From Myxococcaceae bacterium (GTDB lineage: Bacteria; Myxococcota; Myxococcia; Myxococcales; Myxococcaceae): a stretch of 64,000 bases of DNA. Where the stretch lies: contig JAEUJQ010000037.1 of assembly GCA_016793095.1 (NCBI GenBank), forward strand, positions 140,244-204,243. Direction: 5' to 3'. Both the position numbers and the translations under genes were made by a program. The notes beneath the pieces are model-generated. The model did not search any database. It saw nothing but the letters and a program-made list of their open reading frames with translations, and had not been told where the DNA came from. Shown here piece after piece: positions 9,630-19,387 of the stretch. Within the stretch, counting starts at the first letter, position 1, and every line of letters begins with the position of its first letter.

Positions 9630-12572
9630 ATGTCGGACGCGGTGGCACTGCTCGAGGCGGTCCGCGCTGAGGCGAAGCCCGGCGTCTGGTCGAACGGCGT
9701 GAAGCTCGCTCGCGCCGGCGCGGTCGTGCAGGAATCCGCGGACGGCGACGAGGTGGTGCTGCGCGTGAAGGCCGGCGGCCGCCCCGTGCCGTGGACGGTG
9801 GTGTTCTACCCGAAGGACGCGGCGTGGGAGTGCAACTGCCCGGCGCCGGTGGACCCGTGCGAGCACGCGGTGGCGGCCGCCATCACGCTGAAGGACGCGG
9901 CCGAGTCGGGCGTCGCGCTGGCCTCCGTCGAGGCGAAGTACGCGCGCGTCGTGTACCGCGTCGTGCGCCTGGAGAATGGCGTCCAGGTGCAGCGCTCCAT
10001 CGTGACGCCTGAGGGCGCCGAGACGCCCCTCGACTCGCTCGCCGCCGCCCTCGCGAACCCCGCGCTCGCGAAGCACCTGCAGGTGGAGCAGCACGACCTC
10101 CAGGCCGACCGGCTGCTCGAGAAGAAGACCCGGCTCGCGCTGCCGCCCGAACGCCTCGAGGCGCTGCTCGGCGTGCTCCAGCCCTGCCGCACGGTGCTGC
10201 TCGACGGCCGGCCGGTGGCCATCGCGGCCGAGCCCCTGCTGCCGAAGGTGACGGTGAAGGACGCCGGCGACGCCATCGTGGTGACGGTGGCGAAGGACGC
10301 GCGGGTGAGCGAGGTGCTGGCGCCGGGGGTCGCGCTGGCCGCCGACGCGCTCCACCGCCTCGGCGAGACGGCCTTCACGGGGCCCTGGCTCGAGCTCCTG
10401 CCGCAGGTGCGCAGCTTCCCCGCGAGCCAGGCCGGAGAGGTGAGCGCGAAGGTGGTGCCCGAGCTCGCCCAGCGCTTCCCCGTCGAGGTGTCCAGCACGC
10501 GCCTGCCCCGCATCGACCCGCGCCTCGAGCCGAGGGTGGTGCTCGAGGTGAACCAGCTCGAGCAGGGCCTCTCGGTGCTGCCCACGCTCGTCTACGGCGC
10601 GCCCGCCTGCGTGCGCATCGACAACGGCCGCATGGTGCACCTGCGCGGTCCGGTGCCCGTGCGCGACGAGGCGCAGGAGCAACGGCTCGTCCACCACCTG
10701 CGCGACACCTTGAACCTCGTGCCCGGCCGACGCACCACCGTGAGCGGCCCCGAGGCGGTGCGCTTCGCCGACTCGCTGCGTCGGTGGCGCGGCGGGCTCT
10801 CGGGCGACGCGGCGCGCAAGCTGTCCCCGGACATCACCCTGACGCCGAAGCTGCGCGTCGACGACCGGTCCTCCGCCGGCGCGCCATCGGTGGGCGTCAG
10901 CTTCGAGTTCGAGGTGCAGGGCGGCCCGCCCGACCTGCCGAAGACGGTCGACGGCGCCGCGGTGCTGCGCGCCTGGGAGGAGGGCTTCGGCCTCGTGCCC
11001 ATCGAGGGCGGCGGCTGGGCCCAACTGCCGACGGAGCTGCTCGAGGCCCAGGGCGCCCGCATCGCCGCGCTGCTCGCCGCCAGGCAGGAGAACGGCACCC
11101 TCGCCAACCACGCGCTGCCCCAGCTCGCGCAGCTCTGCGAGTCGCTCGACCAGCCGAAGCCTCCGGGCCTCGAGGCGCTGCGGCCCCTCGCCGAGGGCTT
11201 CGAGTCGCTGCCGCCGCCTGCGCTGCCGGTCGAGCTCACCGCGACGCTGCGGCCGTACCAGGCGCAGGGCGTGGCGTGGCTCCAGTTCCTCCAGCGCGCG
11301 GGGCTCGGCGGCGTGCTGGCCGACGACATGGGCCTCGGCAAGACGCTGCAGACGCTGTGCGTGCTGAAGAAGGGCGCGCTCGTGGTGTGCCCGACGAGCG
11401 TGCTGCCCACCTGGCTGGGCGAGCTGAAGCGCTTCCGGCCGTCCCTCTCCGTGAACGCCTACCACGGACCCGGCCGCGCGCTCGACGACGCCGACGTGAC
11501 GGTGACGACGTACGCCATCCTGCGGCTCGAGCTCACGAGCCTGTCCGCCCGCGAGTGGAGCGCCGTGGTGCTCGACGAGGCCCAGGCCATCAAGAACCCC
11601 GAGAGCCAGGCCGCGCGGGCCGCCTTCGCGTTGAGGTCCCCCTTCCGCCTCGCCCTCTCGGGCACGCCGGTGGAGAACCGCCTCGACGAGCTGTGGAGCC
11701 TGATGCACTTCACCAACCAGGGCCTGCTCGGCGGCCGCCGTGACTTCGACGAGAGGCTCGCGCGCCCCATCGCGGACGGCCGCCAGGACGCGGTCATCGA
11801 GCTGCGCAAGCGCCTCAAGCCCTTCGTGCTGCGCCGCCTGAAGAAGGACGTCGCGAAGGACCTGCCGCTGCGCACCGAGGTGGTCCGCCCCGTCACCCTC
11901 GACGAGCGCGAGCGCGCCACCTACGACGCGATTCACGCCGCCACGAAGGACGAGGTGGTGAAGCTGCTCGGCCAGGGCGGCAGCGTGCTCAAGGCGCTCG
12001 AGGCGCTGCTGCGGCTGCGGCAGGCCGCCTGTCACGTCGGGCTCGTGCCCGGCCAGCACGCGAAGACGTCGTCGAAGGTGCAGGTGCTCGTCGAGGCGCT
12101 CTCGACCGCGGTCGCCGACGGCCACAAGGCGCTGGTCTTCTCGCAGTGGACCTCTCTGCTCGACCTCATCGAGCCCGAGCTGACCGCCGCGGGCATCACC
12201 TTCTCGCGCCTCGACGGCTCCACGCCCGACCGCGGGGCCGTGACGAGCGCCTTCCAGGCCGAGGGCGGTCCCCCGGTGATGCTGCTGTCCCTCAAGGCGG
12301 GCGGCACGGGCCTCACGCTCACCGCCGCCGACCATGTCTTCCTCGTCGACCCGTGGTGGAACCCCGCCGTCGAGGCGCAGGCCGCCGACCGCGCCCACCG
12401 CATCGGCCAGGAGCGGCCGGTGCTCGTCTATCGCCTCGTCTCCCAGGGCACCGTCGAGGAGCGCATCCTCACCCTCCAGGACAAGAAGCGCGCGCTGTTC
12501 GAGGCGGCGCTCGGCGACGCACAGGCCGGCGGCGCCCTCACGAAGGACGACCTGCTCGAGCTGTTCTCCTGA
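9630..12572 (+). CDS. SNF2/RAD54-family DEAD-like helicase with an N-terminal SWIM-type zinc finger.
   Basis: The SWIM motif is [19 protein letters not shown]2_N motifs: [22 protein letters not shown]. Helicase C motifs: [40 protein letters not shown]. Confidence 0.9.
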   Translation: MSDAVALLEAVRAEAKPGVWSNGVKLARAGAVVQESADGDEVVLRVKAGGRPVPWTVVFYPKDAAWECNCPAPVDPCEHAVAAAITLKDAAESGVALASVEAKYARVVYRVVRLENGVQVQRSIVTPEGAETPLDSLAAALANPALAKHLQVEQHDLQADRLLEKKTRLALPPERLEALLGVLQPCRTVLLDGRPVAIAAEPLLPKVTVKDAGDAIVVTVAKDARVSEVLAPGVALAADALHRLGETAFTGPWLELLPQVRSFPASQAGEVSAKVVPELAQRFPVEVSSTRLPRIDPRLEPRVVLEVNQLEQGLSVLPTLVYGAPACVRIDNGRMVHLRGPVPVRDEAQEQRLVHHLRDTLNLVPGRRTTVSGPEAVRFADSLRRWRGGLSGDAARKLSPDITLTPKLRVDDRSSAGAPSVGVSFEFEVQGGPPDLPKTVDGAAVLRAWEEGFGLVPIEGGGWAQLPTELLEAQGARIAALLAARQENGTLANHALPQLAQLCESLDQPKPPGLEALRPLAEGFESLPPPALPVELTATLRPYQAQGVAWLQFLQRAGLGGVLADDMGLGKTLQTLCVLKKGALVVCPTSVLPTWLGELKRFRPSLSVNAYHGPGRALDDADVTVTTYAILRLELTSLSAREWSAVVLDEAQAIKNPESQAARAAFALRSPFRLALSGTPVENRLDELWSLMHFTNQGLLGGRRDFDERLARPIADGRQDAVIELRKRLKPFVLRRLKKDVAKDLPLRTEVVRPVTLDERERATYDAIHAATKDEVVKLLGQGGSVLKALEALLRLRQAACHVGLVPGQHAKTSSKVQVLVEALSTAVADGHKALVFSQWTSLLDLIEPELTAAGITFSRLDGSTPDRGAVTSAFQAEGGPPVMLLSLKAGGTGLTLTAADHVFLVDPWWNPAVEAQAADRAHRIGQERPVLVYRLVSQGTVEERILTLQDKKRALFEAALGDAQAGGALTKDDLLELFS

Positions 12573-12706
12573 CGTTCGCCGGTGGAAGGCGACGGCACGG
12601 GGTTGATCTGCTCGACCGGTCGGCCCCATGGTGCCGGGTGGTGGGGTGGATCTTTCGAGAGCCGGGCTTCGCAGACGCGGAGCTGCAGCGCCGCGCGGGC
12701 ATCGCG

Positions 12707-13996
12707 ATGGCCATCGTCCGTGCCGTCGCGGTGGCGGTGCTGCTCGTCGTCGGCCTGTCACTCGCCGAGCCGGCCAACGACGTGCGTCTCACCCTCGCGC
12801 TCTACGTGCCGGTGCTGCTGGTGTTGGCGGGCTGCGCGAGCTTGCTTCAGCGAGGGTACGTCACGCTCGTCGGGTGGGTGGTGTCACTCAGCATCTGGGC
12901 CATCGTGAGCGTGGTGCTCGCGCTGTTCGGCGGGCTGCAGGCCCACAACGCGACGCCCTTCGTCATCGCCGTCACCATCGCTGGCACCGTGGTGAGTGGG
13001 CGCGCGGCCGTGCTCGTCGGGCTGTTGTCGGTGCTCAGCGCCCTCGGCGCGTTCCTGCTCGAGCTGACGGGAAGGCTGCCGGCTCCGCTCGCCCCGCTGA
13101 CGTCCACGAACTCGCTCATCTCGGTCACGGTCTCGCTGCTGCTCGCCGGGACGCTGCTGGCCCTGTCGCTGTCGAGCCTGCAGCGGGCCCTGCGCCGAGA
13201 GCGCGAGGCGGCGGCCCAGCGCGACCTCGCACAGGCGGCAGCGGTGCGCGCGCAACAGCTCGAGTCGGTGGGGCGCCTCGCGGCCGGGGTCGCCCACGAC
13301 CTGAACAACCTGCTGGCCATCATCCAGCTCACCTCCGACGAGCTGTCTCAGCGTGCGAAGGCCGACCCGGCGCTCGGTCCGGTGGCGGACGACCTGCAGA
13401 AGGCCAGCGAGGCGGCGAGACTCCTGAGCCGGCGCATGGTGGGCATGAGCCGCGCCGAGGGCTCGAAGCCCGAGCCGCTCGAGCTGGGGGACGTGGTGAC
13501 GAAGTTCGAGCCGCTCCTGCGCCGCCTGCTGCCGCCAGAGTGCAGGCTCGGGGTGACGCTCGAGGCGAACCTGGAGCTCACCGCAAGCCGCAGCGCGCTC
13601 GAGCACGTGCTCCTCAACCTCGTGTTGAACGCGCGCGACGCGATGCCGAAGGGCGGCGCCATCGAGGTGGTGGTGACAGCGAGCGAGCTGTCGGTGAAGG
13701 ACACCGGCGTCGGCATGCCGCCCGAGGTGCGCGCGCAGCTCTTCAGGCCCTTCTTCACCACCCGGAAGACCGGCACCGGCCTGGGCCTGGTGAACGTCGC
13801 CGAGCTGGCGAGCGCGATGGGGGCGACGGTGGAGGTGGAGTCCGAGGTGGGGCGCGGCTCGACGTTCCGGCTGCGCTTCAGCCCGCGCGCCGAGGGAGCG
13901 GACACGCTCCGGACCGACGCTGTGCCGACGAAGGTCGCCACGGCCACGATTGGCGCCAGCCCTGTCTCCGCTGACGGGCGCCTCAGCGGAACGTGA
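12707..13996 (+). CDS. Membrane-bound sensor histidine kinase (multi-TM sensor + HisKA + HATPase_c).
   Basis: Three or four TM helices, then the H-box AAGVAHDLNNLL, N-box LLNLVLNARDAM, DTGVGM and GTGLGL. It uses the ATG at 12707. An in-frame GTG at 12638 is an alternative start. Confidence 0.8.
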   Translation: MAIVRAVAVAVLLVVGLSLAEPANDVRLTLALYVPVLLVLAGCASLLQRGYVTLVGWVVSLSIWAIVSVVLALFGGLQAHNATPFVIAVTIAGTVVSGRAAVLVGLLSVLSALGAFLLELTGRLPAPLAPLTSTNSLISVTVSLLLAGTLLALSLSSLQRALRREREAAAQRDLAQAAAVRAQQLESVGRLAAGVAHDLNNLLAIIQLTSDELSQRAKADPALGPVADDLQKASEAARLLSRRMVGMSRAEGSKPEPLELGDVVTKFEPLLRRLLPPECRLGVTLEANLELTASRSALEHVLLNLVLNARDAMPKGGAIEVVVTASELSVKDTGVGMPPEVRAQLFRPFFTTRKTGTGLGLVNVAELASAMGATVEVESEVGRGSTFRLRFSPRAEGADTLRTDAVPTKVATATIGASPVSADGRLSGT

Positions 13997-14396
13997 GGCT
14001 CGGGCCCTCGCCCGTCCACAACAGCTTGTCGGTGGACGACTCGCGGGCCTCGACGGAGATGGCGAAGGCGCCCTTCTCGTCATTCCGGGAGACGAAGCCC
14101 TGCGTGAGGTTCCACACCTCCTCGGGGTGGAACGTCACCTCGCGCCACACCTGCTCGTGCAGCACGGTGCCGTCGCTCCGCACGGCGCGCAGCACCACGT
14201 CCACCACGACGAGGGTGTTCGAGCGGCTCAGCAGCTCGAGGTTCAGGCTCACCGTGCGGCCCGGCACGGGCGTGGTGGGGTTCACCTTCACGTCGGCGAC
14301 GAACTCGTACTTCGCGAGCTCCTCGGGGGTTCCGGAGACCTCTCCCACGCAGCCGAGGCTGAGGAGCGCTGCGAGGGTGACGAGGGCGGACCGCAT
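13983..14396 (-). CDS. Small hypothetical lipoprotein (MRSALVTLAALLSLGC).
   Basis: ORF 13983..14462 (-). An internal Met yields a signal peptide plus lipobox. No domain recognised. Confidence 0.5.
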   Translation of the reverse strand: MRSALVTLAALLSLGCVGEVSGTPEELAKYEFVADVKVNPTTPVPGRTVSLNLELLSRSNTLVVVDVVLRAVRSDGTVLHEQVWREVTFHPEEVWNLTQGFVSRNDEKGAFAISVEARESSTDKLLWTGEGPSLTFR

Positions 14397-14591
14397 CGCG
14401 GCGAGGTCTTGCGAGGCGCTTGCCAACCAGGGGGGCAGATCCCGATTCCGGTGCGGATCCATCGGGTTGCGACGCCGGCCGCCGGGGTGGCTGTCAGGTG
14501 ACTTGGCGTTTCTGGAGCACCCGCTCGGCCTGCGCCCCGTTCACTCCGCCGGGCACCTGTGGACGGGGGTGCACACCGCGGCTCTCGATTC

Positions 14592-15377
14592 TCACTTCTT
14601 CTCCGGCTCGGGTTCCGGGCCCGTGGGCCGCGGCGCAGAGAGCTCGAGCGCGACGGCCTTGGTGGTGTTGCCGGCCGCGTCGAAGAGCTCGACGGACAGC
14701 TTGTAGGCGCGACCGTCGTCGAAGCCGAAGCTGCCCGAGCAGGCGTCGTGGCCGATGACGGCCCACTCGCCCTCCACGGGGACGAAGTACTGCTGCTTCG
14801 AGGCGACGCCGCGGGCGCGCTGCATCGAGATGAGGAGCCAGCTCGCGCTGAGGTCGTTGACCTGCGTGCGCAGCTTGAGCGTGCGGGTGAGGCCGTCGCG
14901 GGTGCGCTGGTAGAAGCCCTCGGACACGGCGGGGCGGGTGGTGAACTTCGGCGAGGTGGTGTCGGCGCCGGGCCCGGTTCGCCAGCGCGCCGAGTTGTCG
15001 CCCCAGGTGTCGTTGAGCAGCTTCACCCGCGGCAGCGCGCGGTCGAGGGTGAGCGTGTACTCGGTGTTCGGGTCGAGGGCGCGCTTCGGCTTCAGCTTCA
15101 CGGCCACCCGGTTCATCGTCGAGGACCAGCCGCGCGTGACGGTGACTCCGATGGCCTCGCCACCCCCGAGCAGCGTGAGCGCGGCTTCCGCCAGCAGCTT
15201 CGTCACCCGGTCCTGCTCGGCCAGCACGCCCTCGAGGATGAACTCGACGTTGGTGGGCACGGTGGCGCCCGGCGCGGGGAAGAGGCGCACGCCGTCGTCA
15301 CAGCTCTGCGCGGAGGCGCGCGTGGCGCCGACGCTCACGAGGAGCGCGAACACGAGCGAGAGCCGGACGAGGCGCAT
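14592..15377 (-). CDS. Hypothetical secreted protein.
   Basis: ORF 14592..15413 (-). The internal Met gives signal peptide MRLVRLSLVFALLVSVGATRASA. The composition is non-artefactual (K, N, W, Y, F). Confidence 0.55.
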   Translation of the reverse strand: MRLVRLSLVFALLVSVGATRASAQSCDDGVRLFPAPGATVPTNVEFILEGVLAEQDRVTKLLAEAALTLLGGGEAIGVTVTRGWSSTMNRVAVKLKPKRALDPNTEYTLTLDRALPRVKLLNDTWGDNSARWRTGPGADTTSPKFTTRPAVSEGFYQRTRDGLTRTLKLRTQVNDLSASWLLISMQRARGVASKQQYFVPVEGEWAVIGHDACSGSFGFDDGRAYKLSVELFDAAGNTTKAVALELSAPRPTGPEPEPEKK

Positions 15378-15477
15378 CGGCCGTTGCGACGGGGGCGCTG
15401 CGACGGCATTCATCGACAGCCATCATGGACGGCAGCGTGGCGAGCGTCGAGTTCGCCGCCCGTGCCCACCCGGTCCG

Positions 15478-15768
15478 TCAGTGTACGGGCGTGCCGGGGT
15501 CGATGATCTCCACCGGCCCGAAGCGCGCCTCGTACTTCGCGAGGTTCTCCTGAATCGCCATCAACAACCGCTTCATGTGCTTGGGGTTGGTGATGATGCG
15601 CGAGAGCACCTTCGCGCGCGGCTGCTGCGGCTGCACGTAGATGAAGTCGAGCGTGAACTCGGTCTCGGTGTGGTTCACCAGCGCCATGTTGGCGTAGCGG
15701 CCGTTGGCGACGTCGTCATCGAGCTGAATCTGGAGCTGCACCTCGGGCGGCTTGGGCTGGTCACTCAT
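15478..15768 (-). CDS. DUF3467-family small conserved protein.
   Basis: 96 aa. ...QLDDDVANGRYANMALVNHTETEFTLDFIYVQP...KHMKRLLMAIQENLAKYEARFG matches my memory of the DUF3467 signature (GxYSNxxxxxHTxxEFxLDF ... AKRLL.AL...Y). Confidence 0.75.
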   Translation of the reverse strand: MSDQPKPPEVQLQIQLDDDVANGRYANMALVNHTETEFTLDFIYVQPQQPRAKVLSRIITNPKHMKRLLMAIQENLAKYEARFGPVEIIDPGTPVH

Positions 15769-15849
15769 GGTGGCGACGACTTAGTCGACGACGCCGACGA
15801 GGTGAACCGTTGCGCTCGGGCGTGGGCCTGTCACCATCGGCGCTCCCGC

Positions 15850-16677
15850 GTGTCCTTCCCGCTCGACCCTGCCCGCACCAGCGCCTTCGACCTCGGCCCG
15901 CCCGACGCGGGCACCGCGGTGCTGCTGCTCCACGGCTTCACCGGCAGCCCGTGGGAGGTGCGGCCGCTCGCCGAGTCGCTCGCCGACCGCGGCTTCTTCG
16001 TGCGCGCGCCGCGCCTGCCTGGCCACGGCACCGTGCCCGAGGACCTGCTGTACGTCACCTGGCGCGACTGGCTCGAGGCCGCCGAGGCGAGCTTCGACTC
16101 CCTCGCGCGCTTCCCCCGCGTCTGCGTCGCCGGCCTCTCGATGGGCGGGCTGCTCGGGTTGCTGCTCGCCGAACGCCACGGCCTCAGGGTGTCGAAGCTG
16201 GTGCTGATGGCGCCGGTGATGCGCGTGCGTCAGCGCGGGGGCCGCGTGCTCGAGGCGCTCGGCCGCACGCCGCTGTCCGGGCTCACCTCGGGCTGGCTCG
16301 AGAAGAAGACGACGGACCTCGAAGACGACGAAGCCCGCGCACAGTCCCCGGTGCTGCCGCGGTACCCGCTCGCGCGCCTCTTCGACCTCTTCGAGCTGCA
16401 GCGCCTCGCCCGCCGGGCCGCCCCGCGCGTCGTCTCGCCCACCCTCATCGCCGCCGCGACCAACGACCACGTGGTGGAGCCGGGCAGCATCCAGGCGCTG
16501 CACGCCGCCATGCCGGGCTCACGGCTGCTCCTGCTCCAGCGCGGGTTTCACATTCTGCCGCACGACGTGGACCGCGCCCGCCTCGCCGCCGAGGTGGCGG
16601 AGTTCGTCGATGCCGAGCCTACGGCGCGCACACCTTCCGCGCGCGCAGCTGGTTCGCCTCGCGCCAGCCGACGATGA
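15850..16677 (+). CDS. Alpha/beta-hydrolase fold esterase/lipase (carboxylesterase-like).
   Basis: Oxyanion HGFTGSP, nucleophile elbow GLSMGG, later ND/H. It is embedded in the long ORF 14938..16677. GTG at 15850 is chosen as a plausible start, which is uncertain. An in-frame GTG at 15802 is an alternative. Confidence 0.75.
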   Translation: MSFPLDPARTSAFDLGPPDAGTAVLLLHGFTGSPWEVRPLAESLADRGFFVRAPRLPGHGTVPEDLLYVTWRDWLEAAEASFDSLARFPRVCVAGLSMGGLLGLLLAERHGLRVSKLVLMAPVMRVRQRGGRVLEALGRTPLSGLTSGWLEKKTTDLEDDEARAQSPVLPRYPLARLFDLFELQRLARRAAPRVVSPTLIAAATNDHVVEPGSIQALHAAMPGSRLLLLQRGFHILPHDVDRARLAAEVAEFVDAEPTARTPSARAAGSPRASRR

Positions 16678-18190
16678 GCCACGACTGGTCGGCCGACGGC
16701 ACGAGGCCCGGAGGCCCCGCTCCCCCATCGAGGTTGCGCAGGCGGAAGGTGAAGGTGGTGCCGACCGGCGCCGAGGTCCCCACGACGACGCGCTCTCCGC
16801 CGCCGGGCACGCGCTCCTGCATCGCCACCTGCAGGTCGCCGGCTGGAGTGCGGAAGGCCGACATCGCCGCCCACTGCTGCGCGAGGTTCGACGCGGCCGC
16901 CGCCACCTCGGTGATGCCCAGCGTGAGGTCGGGGAGGTAGTAGATGCCCGAGAGCGACGAGCTCGACTCCGAGTACGGGTAGGTGCACGACACGCCCGCG
17001 TCCCACTCGTTCAGCTCGGCCTCGACGCCGCCGTAGTAGGGAGGCGTCCACACCCCTCCATCACCGAGGCGAATCAGCTGGCGCACGGTGTCTCCGTTGG
17101 AGTCGTCGGCGCTGTAGATGACGTAGTGGCCCCGGTCGCTCACGTTGCACGAGTTGAGCGTCACTGTCGCCGGCACCCCCGGCCCCGCGTTGAGGTCCTT
17201 CACCAGCGACAGGCCGCCGTCGAGCTGCCAGACGAGCGTGCGGGCGCGGTCTTCGCCATCGGCGAGGTACGTCGACACGGCCTCCTCGCCGAGCCCCAGC
17301 CTCAGGCCAGAGGAGTAGCCGGCGTCGAGCAGCGGCGCGAAGCGCTCAGGGCCCCCGTCCGGCGGCGCGCTCGTCGTGTCCACCCGCGTCAACCACACGC
17401 CGCCGTCAACCGTCGTGGCCACGAAGACGGCGTCACCCAGCGCGCGCGCGTGGAAGGCGAGCGGCGCGGGCTTCCACACCAGCGCGTTTCGCTGGAACTG
17501 CATCGCGTCGTCGAAGCGGGCCACCAGCAGCTCGGTGGGCCCGTTCGAGGGCGTGCGCACGAAGACGAGCGCGAAGCCCTGCGGCAGCGCCAGCATCTGG
17601 AAGGGGGCGGTCATCGAGGCCTCGGCCGACAGCAGGGTGACGCCCCGCACGTCGGCGAAGCCGTCACAGTCGTTGTCCTCGCCGTCACAGCGCGTCTCAG
17701 CCGTCTGGTAGCGCGGGCCGTAGTCGCTCGCTTCGCAGGTGAGCTGACTGCCCGACTCGCAGCGGTTCCGCGCACCGGCGCAGACGCCGAGCGTCAGCGC
17801 GCACGCCTGCCGGTCGGTGACGTCGTCGTCCACCAGGCCGTCACAGTCGTCGTCCTTGTTGTTGCAGACCTCCATCGCGGGCTTGCCTTCGTTGACGCAG
17901 ATGCCGCTCCACACCCGCTCCGAGGTGCACACCTCGGTGCCCGGTTTGCACTCCCCACGCCCGCCACCGCAGGGCCGCGTGTCGCCCAGCTTGCACGCGC
18001 ACTCACCCTGCGCGGAGTCGAGGCGACAGAAGCCGTTGCGGCACGACGTCCCCCTCGGGCAGGGGCCGCTCTCGCCGCAGGTGATGCTGCAGTCCACGGC
18101 GGTGGGAGAATAGAACGAGCACCCGCTCGCGGCGCCCAGCGCGAGCCCGCCCACGAAGCCCGCCAGCGCTCTCAGAATCGGGTCACCCAT
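16619..18190 (-). CDS. Cys-rich repeat lipoprotein (MopE-like putative metal-binding repeats) with a C-terminal beta-rich domain.
   Basis: An internal Met gives MGDPILRALAGFVGGLALGAASGC (lipobox). The repeats are CxxGxCxxGxCxxxxxxC / C..DDDCDGLVDDD / CDGEDNDCDG. It overlaps the upstream TPR-PEGA gene by 19 bp, so they are probably an operon. Confidence 0.7.
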   Translation of the reverse strand: MGDPILRALAGFVGGLALGAASGCSFYSPTAVDCSITCGESGPCPRGTSCRNGFCRLDSAQGECACKLGDTRPCGGGRGECKPGTEVCTSERVWSGICVNEGKPAMEVCNNKDDDCDGLVDDDVTDRQACALTLGVCAGARNRCESGSQLTCEASDYGPRYQTAETRCDGEDNDCDGFADVRGVTLLSAEASMTAPFQMLALPQGFALVFVRTPSNGPTELLVARFDDAMQFQRNALVWKPAPLAFHARALGDAVFVATTVDGGVWLTRVDTTSAPPDGGPERFAPLLDAGYSSGLRLGLGEEAVSTYLADGEDRARTLVWQLDGGLSLVKDLNAGPGVPATVTLNSCNVSDRGHYVIYSADDSNGDTVRQLIRLGDGGVWTPPYYGGVEAELNEWDAGVSCTYPYSESSSSLSGIYYLPDLTLGITEVAAAASNLAQQWAAMSAFRTPAGDLQVAMQERVPGGGERVVVGTSAPVGTTFTFRLRNLDGGAGPPGLVPSADQSWLIVGWREANQLRARKVCAP

Positions 18191-19344
18191 GAGGCCGCCA
18201 CTCCGTTCGGGGAAGGCATGAAGAAGAAGCCCGACTCGGACTCGTCGGGAGAGCTCGCGAGGCTGACGATGGTCGCGACGACGCCGCCGGCCACCGCGAG
18301 CACGGAGGCGGTGATGAACACCCCGGCCAGCGTCTGGTCGCGCAGGCCGCCCTGCTCCACCGAGACGCGCATCGGGTCCCACGCGCCGCCCACGCGATAG
18401 AACTCGGAGACCTGCCGCGAGGCGTTGCCGGACTGCACGGCGAACAGCACGCCCAGGCCCGCCGAGACGACGCCGACGCCGAAGAGGATGACGCCCACGA
18501 CCGGGAAGCGCCCGCCGCCGCCTCCTCCTGCCGAGGCGCTGCCGCCCGGCACGAGCTTGAGCTTCACCGTGCGCGGCTTGCCCGCCTCGACGATGACGTC
18601 GGTGCGCGCCGACTGGAAGCCGTCGAGCTCGGCGATGAGCTCGTGGGAGCCGGGCGTGAGCTCCACCTTCGTCGGCGACAGGCCGGCCAGCTTGCCGTCC
18701 AGCATCAGCACCGCGTCCTTCGGGTCCGTCTCGATGGTGATCTCCACCGGGCCCGCCTTCTTCTTGAAGGACAGGGCGACGTCCTTCGTGGAGCCGGACG
18801 CCAGCTCGAAGGTCTCCTCTGCGGGCTCGCTCTCGCCGTCTCGCACGGCGCGAACGGTGTGCCTGCCCGGCCCCAGCAGCACGGGCTCGGCCAGCGGCGT
18901 CACGCCCACCTCTTCGCCGTCCACCAGGACCTTCGCGGGCGCCCCCTCGACCGTCACCGTCACCTTCGAGGTGAGCGCGCGGATCTGCGCCAGCTCGCTC
19001 TCGACGCTCTCGCGGCGGTCGGCCGGCACCTTCTTGCCGCCCTCCTCGAGGTAGCGGTTCAGGGTGCGCACGGCCTGGCCGTACTTGAAGAGGCGCCGCT
19101 CGGTGAGGCCGAGGTTGTAGAGCACCTCGAAGCTGGGCAGGGCCTGGTACGCGGCGCGGAACTCGGCGAGGGCCGACGCGAAGTCACCCTCTTTGAAGAG
19201 CGCGACGCCCTTCTTGTAGTGGTCCGCAGCCTCCTTCTTGGCGGCGGCTTCCTTCTTCGCGTCCTCCTTCTTCGCGGCCCCTTGCGCGAAGGCGACCGGT
19301 GCCGAGAGCAGCGTCAGCGCGAGCAACCAGCGGAGAGGAAACAC
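18172..19344 (-). CDS. Secreted TPR-repeat + tandem PEGA-domain protein with a C-terminal TM/Gly-rich region.
   Basis: Signal peptide MFPLRWLLALTLLSAPVAFA. TPR-like helices (YKKGVALFKEGDFASALAEFRAAY). Two PEGA-like modules (VDGEEVGVTPL..., LDGKLAGLSPTKVELTPGSHEL). Confidence 0.75.
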   Translation of the reverse strand: MFPLRWLLALTLLSAPVAFAQGAAKKEDAKKEAAAKKEAADHYKKGVALFKEGDFASALAEFRAAYQALPSFEVLYNLGLTERRLFKYGQAVRTLNRYLEEGGKKVPADRRESVESELAQIRALTSKVTVTVEGAPAKVLVDGEEVGVTPLAEPVLLGPGRHTVRAVRDGESEPAEETFELASGSTKDVALSFKKKAGPVEITIETDPKDAVLMLDGKLAGLSPTKVELTPGSHELIAELDGFQSARTDVIVEAGKPRTVKLKLVPGGSASAGGGGGGRFPVVGVILFGVGVVSAGLGVLFAVQSGNASRQVSEFYRVGGAWDPMRVSVEQGGLRDQTLAGVFITASVLAVAGGVVATIVSLASSPDESESGFFFMPSPNGVAASWVTRF

Positions 19345-19387
19345 GGCGCCGAGTGTAGTCCAGCCAGCCCGAAGTGCGACGCGCGCG

